Source: Octopus vulgaris (lineage: Eukaryota). Taken from it: a stretch of DNA of 64,000 nucleotides. The notes under the pieces are model-generated. The model saw only the letters and a program-made list of their open reading frames with translations, searched no databases and was not told the origin of the DNA. The first letter of the stretch is position 1, and every line of letters begins with the position of its first letter. Below, one piece after another: positions 39,489 to 52,164 of the stretch. The stretch lies in contig OX597815.1 of NCBI GenBank assembly GCA_951406725.2, positions 118,420,001 through 118,484,000 on the forward strand. The letters are read 5' to 3'. The translations under genes were made by a program, and so were the position numbers.

Positions 39489-40364
39489 AGAGAGAGAGAG
39501 AGAGGGAGAGAGAGGTCACAAAGGTGACAAAGGGTACTGACTAGCATCGCTTTTGCTAAAGATAAGAGTTAAACTAACCTAGAAGCCATAAAATCACTGT
39601 CTTAATGACTGACAAAGGGAGATAAGTCCCCAGCGTACATAGCCGGATCGCGACTTCAGATTTTGATGTAAACCACCTTAATTCTCATCATGAAGTTTTA
39701 AGAAAGTATTTATTTACCGTTACGTTGAAAAATACCATACCTCGACGGGCAGGTTATAACATCCGAGAGCATGCGAAAGAAAGTTAAATGTGGTAGAATT
39801 ATTTTTTTGCATAGTTTGGTGTACATAAATTGTTAGTAGTAATCCACAGATAGCGATAGATGATGTTGTAAGAGAACAGAATAAGAGCTAGTGAAAGTTG
39901 TAGGGTTGTGGGACGTTGTCTCACAGTTGCTGACAGTAAATTTCATTTCTCTCGCTGACCATTGCCTTTAGTAGCTGCATTCCTTGTGATCATGATTCTA
40001 GCAGTCCGTTCCCTAACCAATTGAGTCGTCACGAACCGCCTCGCTCAGTTGTCGCCAAGTGACTACTTGGTTTTTGCTTGGGGGTTCTTGCTTTTATAAC
40101 TATCCAGAAGGAGAGACATATCATTGAGAACAATAGATTTAGTTGGTGGTCTTGTTATCTCTATTCTAGCTTTTAGTGAAGTAGAAGAGGTTAGAAAGGG
40201 TCAAGTGGCGAAGACATTATTTCGGCCTAGCTAGAAGTATCTGGAAAATGTTAAACTGCTGTCAGAGAAAAACTATTGTTCCACCGTGGGAAAAGTTCTG
40301 CTGCTGTGTTAATTTAAATTTGGCTATGGTGGATAGAATCCACTTCATGCTTCCAAGATCCACT

Positions 40365-40828
40365 ACACATTTATATCGATTGGGACAGTCATAGCAATGA
40401 GGAGGCATGATTTTTTTTCTGAATTCTTTCAATATAATGTCTGGCCTATTCGCATCTATCTTTCTGTCAGTTTGAATGGTGAAGTTCCAGAAGAGTGAGA
40501 TGTGATCATTTTCAAGCACTAGAGGTTGTTTGCATTCCCACCAGTTTTTATCATGGGACAGGTCCAGGTTTTTGCAAATTATCCAGTAAATATATTGTGC
40601 TGCTCTATCATGCCTGTTGAGATACTCTGTAGGCGCAAGAAGACTGCACATGGAGACAACTTGATCAATGGTTTCATTTTGTTGTTGTCATACACGACAT
40701 GTTGGGGAGCTGCTGTTTTTTAATATGTTGGCCTGGTAGTTTCTTGTAGGTAGGCATTAATCTTGGGCTGCTATGACAAACCCTTCTGTTTCTGATTTTA
40801 AGTCAGAAGCCACTAACCATTGATGGCT
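40365..40828 (-). pseudogene. R4/Dong-clade LINE fragment: zinc-finger region and restriction-like endonuclease
   Basis: WLVASDLKSETEGFVIAAQD...CRV...ETIDQVVSMC..LAPTEYLNRHD...LFWNFTIQTDRKIDANRPDIIL. Confidence 0.85.
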
Positions 40829-40850
40829 TATTATTATTATTATTATTATT

Positions 40851-41400
40851 GAGTGAGAGAGCAGTGCATACCATCAAAGTGACACTGGGGTAAAATATAC
40901 GAAGTCCAGTATACCCACAATGACTTCCCGTCTGATAAGGTACACTAAGCACCTGCATCACAACCATATGTGCGCGACATGGTGATCTCATATCAAGATA
41001 AACAGCGCATGACCTTGCAGGTGGGGCCCAGTTAGAATTTTCTTCTGGTCGAGTAACCCATCCCGCTCAAAAGGTCCCTGAATAAAGATTGTTTAAGGAT
41101 GTTGAATGAAACACCCATGTTTCCAGAGGATAATTATTCAAACTAAAAAACCCCTCTCAACACATGGCTATGATGCTCTCCCACTACTTCTGCTCGTGAT
41201 CAGAGATGCGCATATCGTCAGCCACAAAGGGACATGCTAAACTGTTAAAGGTCAAACAACTGACAAGCAAATCTGTAGTATTGAGCAGAATATTTGCTGT
41301 AGCCCATCTTTTATACCAAGACAAAACAATGCACACGATAACACTTCCACTCAGTTAAGATCAGAAGCCACGAGAGCCACTCGTAGTACTGCATCAGGGC
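40851..41400 (-). mobile_element. ~550-bp non-coding element bounded by (TAA)n on both sides
   Basis: (TTA)n at 40829-40850 and 41402-41459; no ORF; orientation inferred from neighbours. Confidence 0.5.
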
Positions 41401-41401
41401 A

Positions 41402-41460
<59 letters not shown>

Positions 41461-41730
41461 GAAAACACACCTTATTTTGCTGGGTGTAATGGAAAATGTT
41501 AGCTGTCCTCAGCCAGCAGACTAAGGCGACTCTTATTTACTGGTCATGCTTCAAAAACCCTGCGAAGAATTCTTGTAGTCCAAGCAATGCTGATTTTTGT
41601 GGGTGTTCTGCCTTCACATTTGCACCGATCTCATTCAAACATGTTGGTAGATGAGTGCTGATACTTCCAAGTGCACCAGTTACTTACTGTTGGTATCACA
41701 TCTACTCTGTTCGTGTTTTCACTTGTTTGA
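41402..41730 (-). mobile_element. 3' end of an R4/Dong-clade LINE with (TAA)n tail
   Basis: VDVIPTV.VTGALGSIS...LNEIG...QKSALLG, short 3' UTR, then (TAA)n. Confidence 0.75.
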
Positions 41731-41871
41731 CTGCAGCCATGTTGGTTTTAGCCGAAAATAAAAAGACCCCAGGACTTACTTTATATATTTTTTAAAGCCT
41801 AGTATTTCTTCGATCAAGGCTCTTTGCCGAACAGCCAAATTACGAGGTCGTAGACATATCAACACCGGCTG

Positions 41872-41923
<52 letters not shown>

Positions 41924-41999
41924 ACACACACACACACACAACACACACACACACACAGAGATATACATACATACATACATACATACAAACATATGTACA

Positions 42000-42035
<36 letters not shown>

Positions 42036-42052
42036 TGTGTGTGTGTGTGTGT

Positions 42053-42100
<48 letters not shown>

Positions 42101-42112
42101 ATATATATATAT

Positions 42113-42635
42113 AGTACAGATTTATAGAAAAACAAAAGACGAAGACTGGTGTAGGAACAAGAAGCAAGTGTATTAGTTTAACGCTCGGGAAAAATGGAAA
42201 GGTCTTTTATGTTTCGAGCCTACGCTCTTCAAGAGAAAGGAATATGAAAAAAAAATGGGGAGAGAATGGGAAAAAAAACGGAGAGAGAAAACCTGTTTAG
42301 CGGTTCAAAATAGCGAGATGGCTGGAAAAAAGGAGTTGAATGAAAGGGAGATAATAATGGTGATACCAACGAACTAAGGTGCATATATGTATGTGTGTAT
42401 GCGTTTATGGCGGTGAGTGAGTCTGACGTATTTGTGTGTGCATGTGTAATATATATGTGTGTGCGTGTGTATGTTGTGTGTAGCAGCTGATGTATACTTT
42501 TTCACGTGGTGTGTGCACATGTATATGTGCGTGTGTGTATCTCTGTGACTAAATAGTTTGTATGTGTATAGTGTATGTTCGTGGGCGAAAGTCATCTTTG
42601 TCTATGGGTGTTGCGTGTGTTTATGCGTGTGTGTG
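42113..42635 (-). mobile_element. PLE pLTR-like repeat between (TA)n tracts
   Basis: Same family as 54621-54812; GAAGAGCGTAGGCTCGAAAC hammerhead-like motif at 42204-42239. Confidence 0.5.
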
Positions 42636-42870
42636 TATATATATATATATATATGCATATATATATGCATATATATACAGACATACTGTTGAAATATTAG
42701 ATTTTTTTTTTTCTTTCTAAAATAACAGATCTTTTTCTATGGCTCGTTGGACTTTGTCAAACTATCCAACCCATGCCAGTATGGAAAATGCATATTAAAT
42801 GAGGATGAAAGTCACTGTATGATTATGTGTATCCTAAAATTACTGAACATTCAGCAATTAAACTCACTCT

Positions 42871-43066
42871 CTTTTACTTGTTTCAGTCATTTGACTGTGG
42901 CCATGCTGGAGCACCGCCTTTAGTCGAACAAATCAACTCCTGGGCTTATTCTTTGTAAGCCTAGTACTTATTCTATCGGTTTCCTTTGCCGAACCGCTAA
43001 GTTACGTGGACGTAAACACACCAGCATCGGTTGTCAAGCGATGTTGGGGGACAAACACATACACAA

Positions 43067-43121
<55 letters not shown>

Positions 43122-43295
43122 CATATATATAGATGTATATGACAGGTTTCTTTCAGTTTCTGTCTACCAAATCGACTCACAAGGCTTTGGCCTGAGGCTA
43201 TAGTAGAAGACGCCCAAGGTGCTACGCAGTGGGACTGAACCCAGAACCATGTTTTTGGTAAGCAAGCTACTTACCACACACCCACTCCTACACCT
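42871..43295 (-). mobile_element. SINE family A, full length
   Basis: Reverse complement of 5810-6226. Confidence 0.85.
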
Positions 43296-43729
43296 AATGT
43301 ATACACACGCATAACACGCATAAACAGACACAACACCCATAGACAAAGATAACTTTCGCCCACGAACATTGTCTGTGTTCAGGTATTATGTTCGTGTGAG
43401 GGTGTAGGAGTGTGCGTAATGGGATGCGGTGTGTGTTACAGGGGCGTAAACAGTGTGTATGACTGCTCGTATGTATGGTAACGTTATTGAAGATTGTATG
43501 GGGATTTGTGGATAATAGTGTGTGGTGTGGGTGCTTTGAAATGGTCAGCGCTAGTGTGTGTAGTGTGGGTGCTCGTATGTAAGAAATTTGCTTCCCAACC
43601 ACATGGTTTTGAGTTCAGTTAGGTGGCACGTCGGGCAAGTGTCTTCTACTACAGCCTCAGGTCGACCAAAACCTTGTCAGTAGAATTGGTTAGTGGCAAC
43701 TGAAAGAAACTCGTCGTGTGTATATATAC

Positions 43730-43766
43730 ATGCATGTATATATACATATATCTGTAGGTATGTACA

Positions 43767-43798
<32 letters not shown>

Positions 43799-43854
43799 GC
43801 ATATATTTATATATGTCAGTAGAATTGGTTAGTGGCAACTGAAAGAAACTCGTC

Positions 43855-43894
<40 letters not shown>

Positions 43895-43950
43895 GACGAG
43901 TTTCTTTCAGTTGCCACTAACCAATTCTACTGACATATATAAATATATGC

Positions 43951-43983
<33 letters not shown>

Positions 43984-44020
43984 TGTACATACCTACAGAT
44001 ATATGTATATATACATGCAT
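43730..44020. repeat. ~290-bp palindrome centred on (TA)n
   Basis: TGTCAGTAGAATTGGTTAGTGGCAACTGAAAGAAACTCGTCGTGTG and ATCTGTAGGTATGTAC both mirrored across 43860-43889. Confidence 0.93.
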
Positions 44021-44214
44021 ATATGGGTACAAGACATCAAAAAGGCGTTGAACACAATGAGAAACGAAAACATAAAAACAAAAACATAGAAACGAACTTT
44101 TTTCGGACAACGAAACGAGACATACAACATAAAGAATATTCCCCTTCTTCAGTTGTCCCTGTTTCAACTACTTCACGTTTTCGAAGGCAAGGACAATACG
44201 CGAGTTTGTTGAAA

Positions 44215-44330
44215 CATCATCATCATCATCATTGTTCGACCGTGGTCGAGACAATGGAATTTACCATGCTACGCCAGACTTCACGGTCCATCATGGCATT
44301 ACGGAGGTCCTGTTGCTGGATGTCTGTATC
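44215..44330 (-). mobile_element. very short 5'-truncated RTE 3' end with (TGA)n tail
   Basis: TDIQQQDLRNAMMDREVWRSMVNSI then (TGA)n; interrupts a repeat whose uninterrupted relative is at ~49466-49520. Confidence 0.7.
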
Positions 44331-44965
44331 AGTCCTTCCCGCAAAGCAAATTAAATAAAATTTGGGATTTTTTGCTGGGGGTGAAAGTGGTAACAAGAAC
44401 AGTACAGTGAGAACAAAACAGTAAAAACAATAAAAAAGTAAAAACAGTAAAAGACAGAACAAGGAGAACAAAACAGTAAAAACAAACGATGAGGGCTGTT
44501 AAGCCAAGACGATGGGAAAATTATTCTGTACGTTTAAGGAGATGAGCTTATGAAGAGACAGTATAAGACCGTTTAGTCTTTGCGGAGGTAGAAGTCAGAA
44601 AGATGGCTTCCCTCTGATCACGTGTCGGTGACGAGAGAGTCGAGGAGGATGAGTGAGAGAGAGGGAACGGTGAAGGGGAGAGGAGAAGAATAGGGAAGGG
44701 TGGGAGAGAAAACCCAGAAAGGATGAAGAACGAGAGAGGGAGAGAGATAGACAGAGAAGAGATAGTAAAGAAGAAGAGTGCGCATCGTAATTATTAAGAT
44801 AAAATTTACTTGGAAAAGGATGCGTGGCGTTCGATCATATAATAATATAAATACTTCACGAATGCTTTTTAGCAATTGCCATTTGGTGCATGAGAGAGTT
44901 CGATGCAGCTGCCCTCATCTGCACCTCCTGCCGTGAAGTTGGTTCATCTGGGATACCTGACAAGA

Positions 44966-45027
<62 letters not shown>

Positions 45028-45184
45028 AAATGGAAAGATGAATTATCTTGTTACGGATTACTCAAAAGTTTAACCGATACCTGGGTAGCAAAAATCACAG
45101 CAGAAAAAATACGGTTGGAGATATGACCATATGGTGTTGCAACCGTGCGTTGGCGCGGATAATTGAAGTTTAATATATATATAT

Positions 45185-45232
<48 letters not shown>

Positions 45233-46949
45233 GTGTGTGTGTGTCTGTGTTTGTTCTACACTACTGCTTGACAACAGGTGTTGGTGTATTTACGGCCCCG
45301 TAACTTAGCGATTCGGCAAAGAGTCATGATAAAATAAGTATCAGGCTTAAAATCAAAGTAAGTACTTGGATCTATTCATTCGACCAAACTTTCTTCAAGG
45401 TAGTGCTCCAGCATGGCTGCAGTCTAATGACTGAAATAAATAAACGATAAAAGATGAATCTATGAATCTTTTCAGGTTTTGATGTTTCCGTACAGGTTTC
45501 TGCTGCTTGACGAAAGGTGCACTCTGTGCTTTTCTTTTTTTTTTTTGTGGGTGCGTTTTAATTTGTGGCCGTTGGAGCGTAACTTTGTTATGTCGGGTGA
45601 TCATTGCTCATGTTATTAATGCTGCTAGTGTCTATGGGCATTATTTTTCGTCTTGCTCTGTGATTTGTTTGATTATAAATGCTTTCCGCCAATTTTCTCA
45701 TTTTTAGTTGTTTTCTTTTTGTTGTTGTTTTCTTTTGTTTTTCCTATTTTCTCAGTTATTTAATGCTTTTTTTCCCCTCTTATCTTATGTCGACTTTTAT
45801 TTCTTTTGATTGTTGAGTTTGAGGCTCTCCCAGGTTGTTTTCAGCTTAGCTATTTCAGTTATGTAAGTAGGTTTGTATTTTTTTTTCTCTATGTTGTTCT
45901 ACAGGATATGTTATTGAATACGCCTGCAGTTATTTTCACTAAAATGAAATGTGAAGTTGAAGCTTTTAAGTTGAAGTTCAATGATACTGCATTATATCTG
46001 TTGAAGTTTTACACTTCAAATTAGAAACAGTGTATTAAAAATCGAATATCACTTATGTTTAGCAGTATCTTAAAGAAGTTATTTACCCAAATTCTTTTAA
46101 TATATTGGTTATAATGCTTCTTACCTTCTCACTGATGTTTTCTCTAATATTTGAACGGAATGAGTTGAACACTACGGTTGCTTTGGTAAAATATGACCGC
46201 ACTTTTTTCATTTATGCAGAGTCAGGAAACGATTAGCTTCTGAAGGCTTGATAGCATATACCATATTTTCACTACTTGTTTTAAGGCGCTAATGTTTAGC
46301 GAATAGACGCTATTGGCTTCTTCATCCTTCATCCAGAGAAGCATCCAGAATATGACAGCTGAGCGGAGGCGAAGGCTGCACCAATAGCCGATTGGTGCTC
46401 TTTACAGCTGAGTAAGCTGGGACAATGGGAAATAAAGTGCCCTGTTCAAAATTACGAGTCTAGGAATTGAACCCAAACACCTACTAAGTAAGGTACCTTC
46501 ACTCGTGTTCAACGTAGTCAAGTTTCATTTACTTTAAAAATTATTCTTTTGGTCGCAGTCCAATGATTGAAACAAGTAAAGGATTAGCCATACAATGCTG
46601 CGGTGCTATAAAACAGGTTGACCGTTTGTAAGCCGTTCATCAATTAAAAAAAAACTCTGACAATGCTTGAAAGCTACTTAGCAGAATGACGTGAGTAACT
46701 GTCTCACTTTATTTCCTTAATCCCATCAATTAAAGGCGAATACACTGAAACAATAACTTGAGTACTCAGACATAGAGTATTATTTCCTTTATAAGCATTC
46801 AGGTTTCTTATTTCACTTGTCATTTATTGCCTTATCAGTTCTTTCTGTCAGTTTATTAAGATAACTTTTTACATTATTCTAAATTTTACAGTTCCTTTAT
46901 TAGAATGTCCTATTTACGAATAATAAAGTAGCTGTGTATAATAAAGTCC

Positions 46950-47300
46950 TCACAGTGCATTCTGCATTTTAGTGGAGCATCACTAAAGCAAGTGGAGAAA
47001 TTTAAGTATCTCTCGGCCGTATTTACGAGTGGGGGAAAATAGGAGGTTGAATTGGATGCTAGAACTGCAGGTACTGCCAAAATAATGCGTCAGTTTTAGT
47101 ATTTGATCCTCAGAAGAGGAGTGGTTGGTAAAAAAATTAGGCCAAACTCGTCATCTTCAAATCGGTTTTCGTGCCTATCGCGAATGCAAGCGGCCGAAAT
47201 GGGGTTCCTCCAGAGGATCTTTGAAGTAACGTTGCTCGACAGAGAGAGTAGCTCGGAGATCAGAGAGTCTCCTCAGGTCGATCCACTACTTTTCTACTAG
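46950..47300 (+). pseudogene. RTE (Expander/Rex3-like) post-RT fragment
   Basis: LKQVEKFKYL..VFTS.G...ELDAR; KLVIFKSVFVP; SRMQAAEMGFLQRI...LLDR..SSEIRE..QVDPLL. Confidence 0.8.
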
Positions 47301-47339
47301 ATTATTGTAATTTTAGTATATCATTATCATACATCTAAT

Positions 47340-49230
47340 AAGCTGCCTTGCTAGATGTTGTTATTTCAGATCGAAAGTGATAGTTGTAACAACACTTCGA
47401 ACACATGCAATCAAACACTGCTTGTCACAGCTAACTAGTTTGTAGAATGCAGTGGGGACGTGTAAACAATTTGGAAACTCACTGAATGTTGTCCCATGCC
47501 CGTTTGGAGAGTTGGGCCATCACAGCAGCTGCCTTACCAATGCATATATTGAGCTCAGTATCAAGGGATAGGTTGTAGGTGACGGTAAAGCCATGACAGG
47601 TAAACTTCTCCACCTCCAGTAGTCTGTGGTCTCCAATATGTATGTTTGAGATGGTCGATGTAGCCTAACCCATGATGTTGGTCTTCTTGAGGCTGATAAA
47701 TAAGCCAAAGTTGCCACATGCTTGCTCAAAACAGTTGATGAGCCTTTGTAGGGCTTCTTCTGTGTGTGATACCAGAGCGGCATCATCAGCAAATAGCATA
47801 TCCTTGATCAGGACGCTTCTGATTTTGGTCTTGGCACGCAGACGCGAGAGATTGAACAGTTTCCCATCACTTCTACTGTGCAGAAACACTCCATCATCTG
47901 ATGTCTGAAAGGCATGTGACAGCAGCAGCGAGAAGATGCCAAATAATGTAGGAGCAAGGACACAAACTTGCTTTACCCCATTTTTTATTTGGAAGGCGGC
48001 TGATGTTGAACCATTGTGCTGTATGGTACCTTCCATATCATCATGGAAAGATGTGATGATCCTCAGCAGCTTTGGAGGACATCCTATTTTTTGGAGCAGG
48101 ATGAAGAGGCCTTTTCTACTTACCAAGTCAAAGGCCTTTGTCAGATCAATGAAGGCCATATATAATGGCATTTTCTGCTCTCTGGACTTCTCCTGGAGTT
48201 GGCGTATGGAGAATATCATGTCAATAGTTGATCTGCTTCTTCTAACGCCACACTGCGATTCTGGATAAATTCGAGAGGCAAGCAGTTGTAGCCTGGACAG
48301 GATAATGCGAGCAGAGGCCTTTCCAACAGTGCTTAGAAGAGATATTCCACGGTAATTGTTACAATCACCACTGTCACCTTTGTTTTTAGAAACCTTTATG
48401 ATGTTAGCATCCCGCATATCCTGAGGGACTGTACCCTCTTCCCAGCACTGACACAGAAGCTCGTGAATGTGCCGAAGCAGGATGGTGTTTTTGCCGATTT
48501 TGATGATCTCTAAGGGGATGCCGTCTTTTCCCGGAGCCTTGTTACTTGCTAGGGAGTCAATAGCCTTGGTGAGCTCTGCTATAGATGGCAGACTGTCAAG
48601 TTCACACATGACTGTCAAGATCTTGACACCCTCGATTGCAGCCTCAGCTACCGTGGTCTCTCGTGAGTAGAGATCCTGGTAGTACTCCACCCATCTATCC
48701 ATTTGCTTGCTTTGGTCCTTGATGAGATCCCCAGTAGTTGATTTCAGAGGGGCTGGCTTGGTTGCGGATGGACCGAGGGCCTTCTTCAAACCGGCATACA
48801 TCCCACGGATGTCGCCAATGTCAGCAGCTGACTGGATACTCTGACAGATTTCCTGCCAATACCTATTTGCACAGCGTCTGGCAGTCAGTTGGGTTTTATT
48901 TCTTGCCTTTCTGAGTTCTTCGAGTGACTTTATAGAAGAATCACTCTTGTATTACATCAGAGCTGCACGCTTTGTTTCGATAACTATTTCCAGCTCTGAG
49001 AGCCCAGCACTAAACAAAATCTGGGTTTTGCCTTTCTCTCATGCCGAAAGTATCTATTGATGTGGTATACAAAGCTTCCCTGATATAATTCCACCTACTT
49101 TCAGCAGAGGTGGGTGGGCAGCTACTAAGGGCAAATTTGATAGAAACAGCAAAACATTGTCGTAGTGTAGGGTCGGAGGTTCTGGCAGTGTTAATGCGTG
49201 GTTGGCTCATTTTCTTGGAGTGATGGACTT
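47340..49230 (-). mobile_element. RTE (BovB-like) LINE, truncated and deleted
   Basis: Homology extends on both sides of the 378-aa open frame with stops and frameshifts. Confidence 0.85.
47665..48801 (-). pseudogene. RTE-type reverse transcriptase domain, 378-aa open frame
   Basis: KAPGKDGIP; NYRGISLLS; ESQCG..RSTIDMIF; FIDLTKAFD; GVKQVCVLAPTLF; LFADD. Confidence 0.92.
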
Positions 49231-49648
49231 TTTATAGTTCTCTATTTCTAACTCAAATTCTGTCCTCAATAATTATAGATCTTTATTTCTAAATGTAATT
49301 CTTTTCCTTCTCGTTCAGTTTATAACTATAACACGCATTCTTGTCTGTCTCTTGACAAAGCTTTTTTCTCCAGCGTTCACCACTTCACCTCGTTAGGGAT
49401 AAACAGCCCTTACCGAATGTTTTCACTGTCCTGTTTTTGTTAGCAGCTTTGACGTTCCACGTTTCTCAAATTTTATTTAATTTGCTTTGGGGGAGCAATT
49501 GCTTTGACAAAGACGCATCTTGTTGCACTGCTCGCAATGCGGAGTAGGTAAATCTGTCGACAATTGAGGAAGGGTTGTTTTTTTTATGCTGCCTTCGCAC
49601 TATAGTTCTCAATATATAATGGAAATTCTTCCAACCCAACCCAACCTC

Positions 49649-50055
49649 TATAGCGTCGACTGTGGGCTGGTAGCTGTGTACAGTCGCCCAGAGCGAGCTC
49701 TGATCGCCATAGCGTCGACTGTGGGCTGGTAGCTGTGTACAGTCGCTCCAATGTCGCCCAGAGCGAGCTCTGGTCGCCATAGCGTCGACTATGGGCTGGT
49801 AGCTGTGTACAGCCGCCCCAATGGACGCCATAGCATCTTTGCCTCCACTAAATTTATTCTGTCCAGTTACGTATCTGTATAGTGATCATTTGCAAACTCC
49901 AGAGGTGACACTTTCATTTCTCCTTGTCGACTGTGGGCTGGTAGCTGTGGACGGTCGACCCAGCGTCGCCCAGAACGGACTCTGGTCGCCATAGCGTCGA
50001 TTGTGGGTCGGTAGCTGTGTACAGTCGACCCAACGTCGCCTAGAGCGAGCTCTGG
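49649..50055. repeat. GC-rich 60-70-bp minisatellite, about 3+2 units split by a ~90-bp insert
   Basis: ATAGCGTCGACTGTGGGCTGGTAGCTGTGTACAGTCG...CCAGAGCGAGCTCTGGTCGCC repeated. Confidence 0.9.
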
Positions 50056-50392
50056 CTGGTATGATGCTATAGCAGAAGACACATGCCAAGTTACCACACA
50101 GTGGGACTGAACTGAGGACCAAGTGTTTTGGAACTAAGCTTGTTACCACACAGCCACACCTGCACCTGTGTGCGTGTGTGTGGGGGGTGTATCCGTATGA
50201 GTGTATGGGTGTATATGTGTATGCATGTATATATGTGCATATATATATGTGTACATATTACATGTACATCTATATATACATCTAGACATACATGTTTACA
50301 TATACATGTATATTTATAGAAATACATCTATACATATACAGCTAAACATATACATCAGTATATATACATGTATTTATATGTTTATATGTATA

Positions 50393-50468
<76 letters not shown>

Positions 50469-50559
50469 ATATATATATATATTATATATATATACATGTA
50501 TATATATATTTATATATATATATATATACATATGTATATATATATATTTATATATATAT

Positions 50560-50606
<47 letters not shown>

Positions 50607-50746
50607 CAATTAAGATTCAAGTCAATTCTAATGAATTTACTTGAATGCGGTACTTAACTTAGATGCACCAGAAAACTATATGATGTTAACCATACAGTAA
50701 TGTGGGGTGATTATAAACGAGAAAGAAGCAACAAGAATGGATTAGT

Positions 50747-50837
50747 TTTTAGTACAATTGTTTCATACAAAGACAGGCTTTATTAAAAGTTACAAAAATT
50801 GCAGCAGATAAAAGTGTCCCGTACTCATCAGCTAAAA
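50747..50837 (-). ncRNA. type I hammerhead ribozyme in the 3' pLTR
   Basis: Reverse complement of 54441-54531. Confidence 0.8.
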
Positions 50838-51204
50838 TACATATGAGTTCTCCAAACATGTTAGTGGGTGAGGCTATACTCATGAAGTATTGGAGATAAT
50901 TTCATTAAAAGCAGATTTAGGTTGTAAACAGATTTCCGAAGTTCCTTAATGATGATGCACAGTCTTATCACAGGTTTTTAAAAAAGCTTATTAGCTTCAC
51001 AGAGAAGGTGAATTAATCCGTAGTGTAGATGTAAATTTCCAGAGATATGAGGAGGAATTTCATACTCACAGACGATGAATTTATCCATGGTTAATCCACA
51101 ATGAGGTGGGTATCATTTCATGCTATATGATAAGGTATTTGCCACATTACTGTTCTTTTCACAAGACTGCTAAGTTATGACTTCTAAAGGCTGAAGGAAT
51201 TTTT

Positions 51205-51399
51205 GTGGAGCAAAGAAAAGAAAAGAAAGGAAAGAGAAGAAAAGAGACAAGGAAAAGGAAAAAGAAAAAGGAAAAAGAAAAAAGAAAAAAGAAAAAAGGG
51301 GAGAAGAAAAGAAAAAAAGAAAAAAGAAAAAAGAAAGAAGAAAAAGAAAAAGAAAAAAAAGGGGAAAGAAAAAAGGGAAAGAAGGGAGAAAAGAAAAAA
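51205..51399. repeat. ~190-bp almost pure purine (A/G) tract in the PLE 3' region
   Basis: Seen directly; U/C-rich on the element's sense strand. Confidence 0.9.
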
Positions 51400-52164
51400 C
51401 GCCCACTTAGAGTATACTGTGACAACTTAGAGGGAAAGGGGTTCTAAAGTGACATACTTCACAGAAGAATTTGTAGACGGCCTGGCTGGCTTGAATTTGC
51501 AAGAATCTAGGAACTATAAGGAGAATATTAATTTTGACCAGTAAAACAGCTATTTATTGCCAACCTGACGTAGTTGAAAGCAGATATGAATCTAAAGAGA
51601 ATCTAAAGAGATAACAAGGTCAGGGGTAGAGGGGTCAAAGGCTATCATCAAAAGGAAATACATTAAGAGAAAAAATCTAAGTGCAATCCTAACAAAAGGT
51701 CATTTAAATTTATCTATTTATTTATTCCTGTTACTGTCTTAAATTGTTGCCGTTACTATCTATACATTGACAGACTACAGGTCAAAACTTAGAAGATTAG
51801 TTTACAAGGTGTGATGGAATTGTCTTTTATTTTGAAATTTCTCATACTACTTTTCAAGGGAGTAGCCTTACTTAATTAAATTTGTAATAGAATTATGAAG
51901 CCTAAGTAACTTATTTTATTAAAGTTGTGTTACCTAAATTAGATTAAATTCAAAATTAAGATTTAAAATTAAATAAAACTTCATTTAAGCAACGTACAAG
52001 TACTATTTATTTCCTTGTGCTCAAAATCAGGTGCAGTTATAAAGAAAAAGATAACTATAGTGTGAGAACTCGCAGTTATCTACTTAAAAATTAAAGTAAT
52101 GCTATACTAGTAAAAACCTATCTATCTATCTATCTATCTTGTTACGATTATTCTATACATTTAT

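Noticed and set aside
44138-44190. Permuted hammerhead on the minus strand (GAAA...CTGAAGA)
   Set aside because: No NUH triplet with a convincing stem I, and stem II is weak
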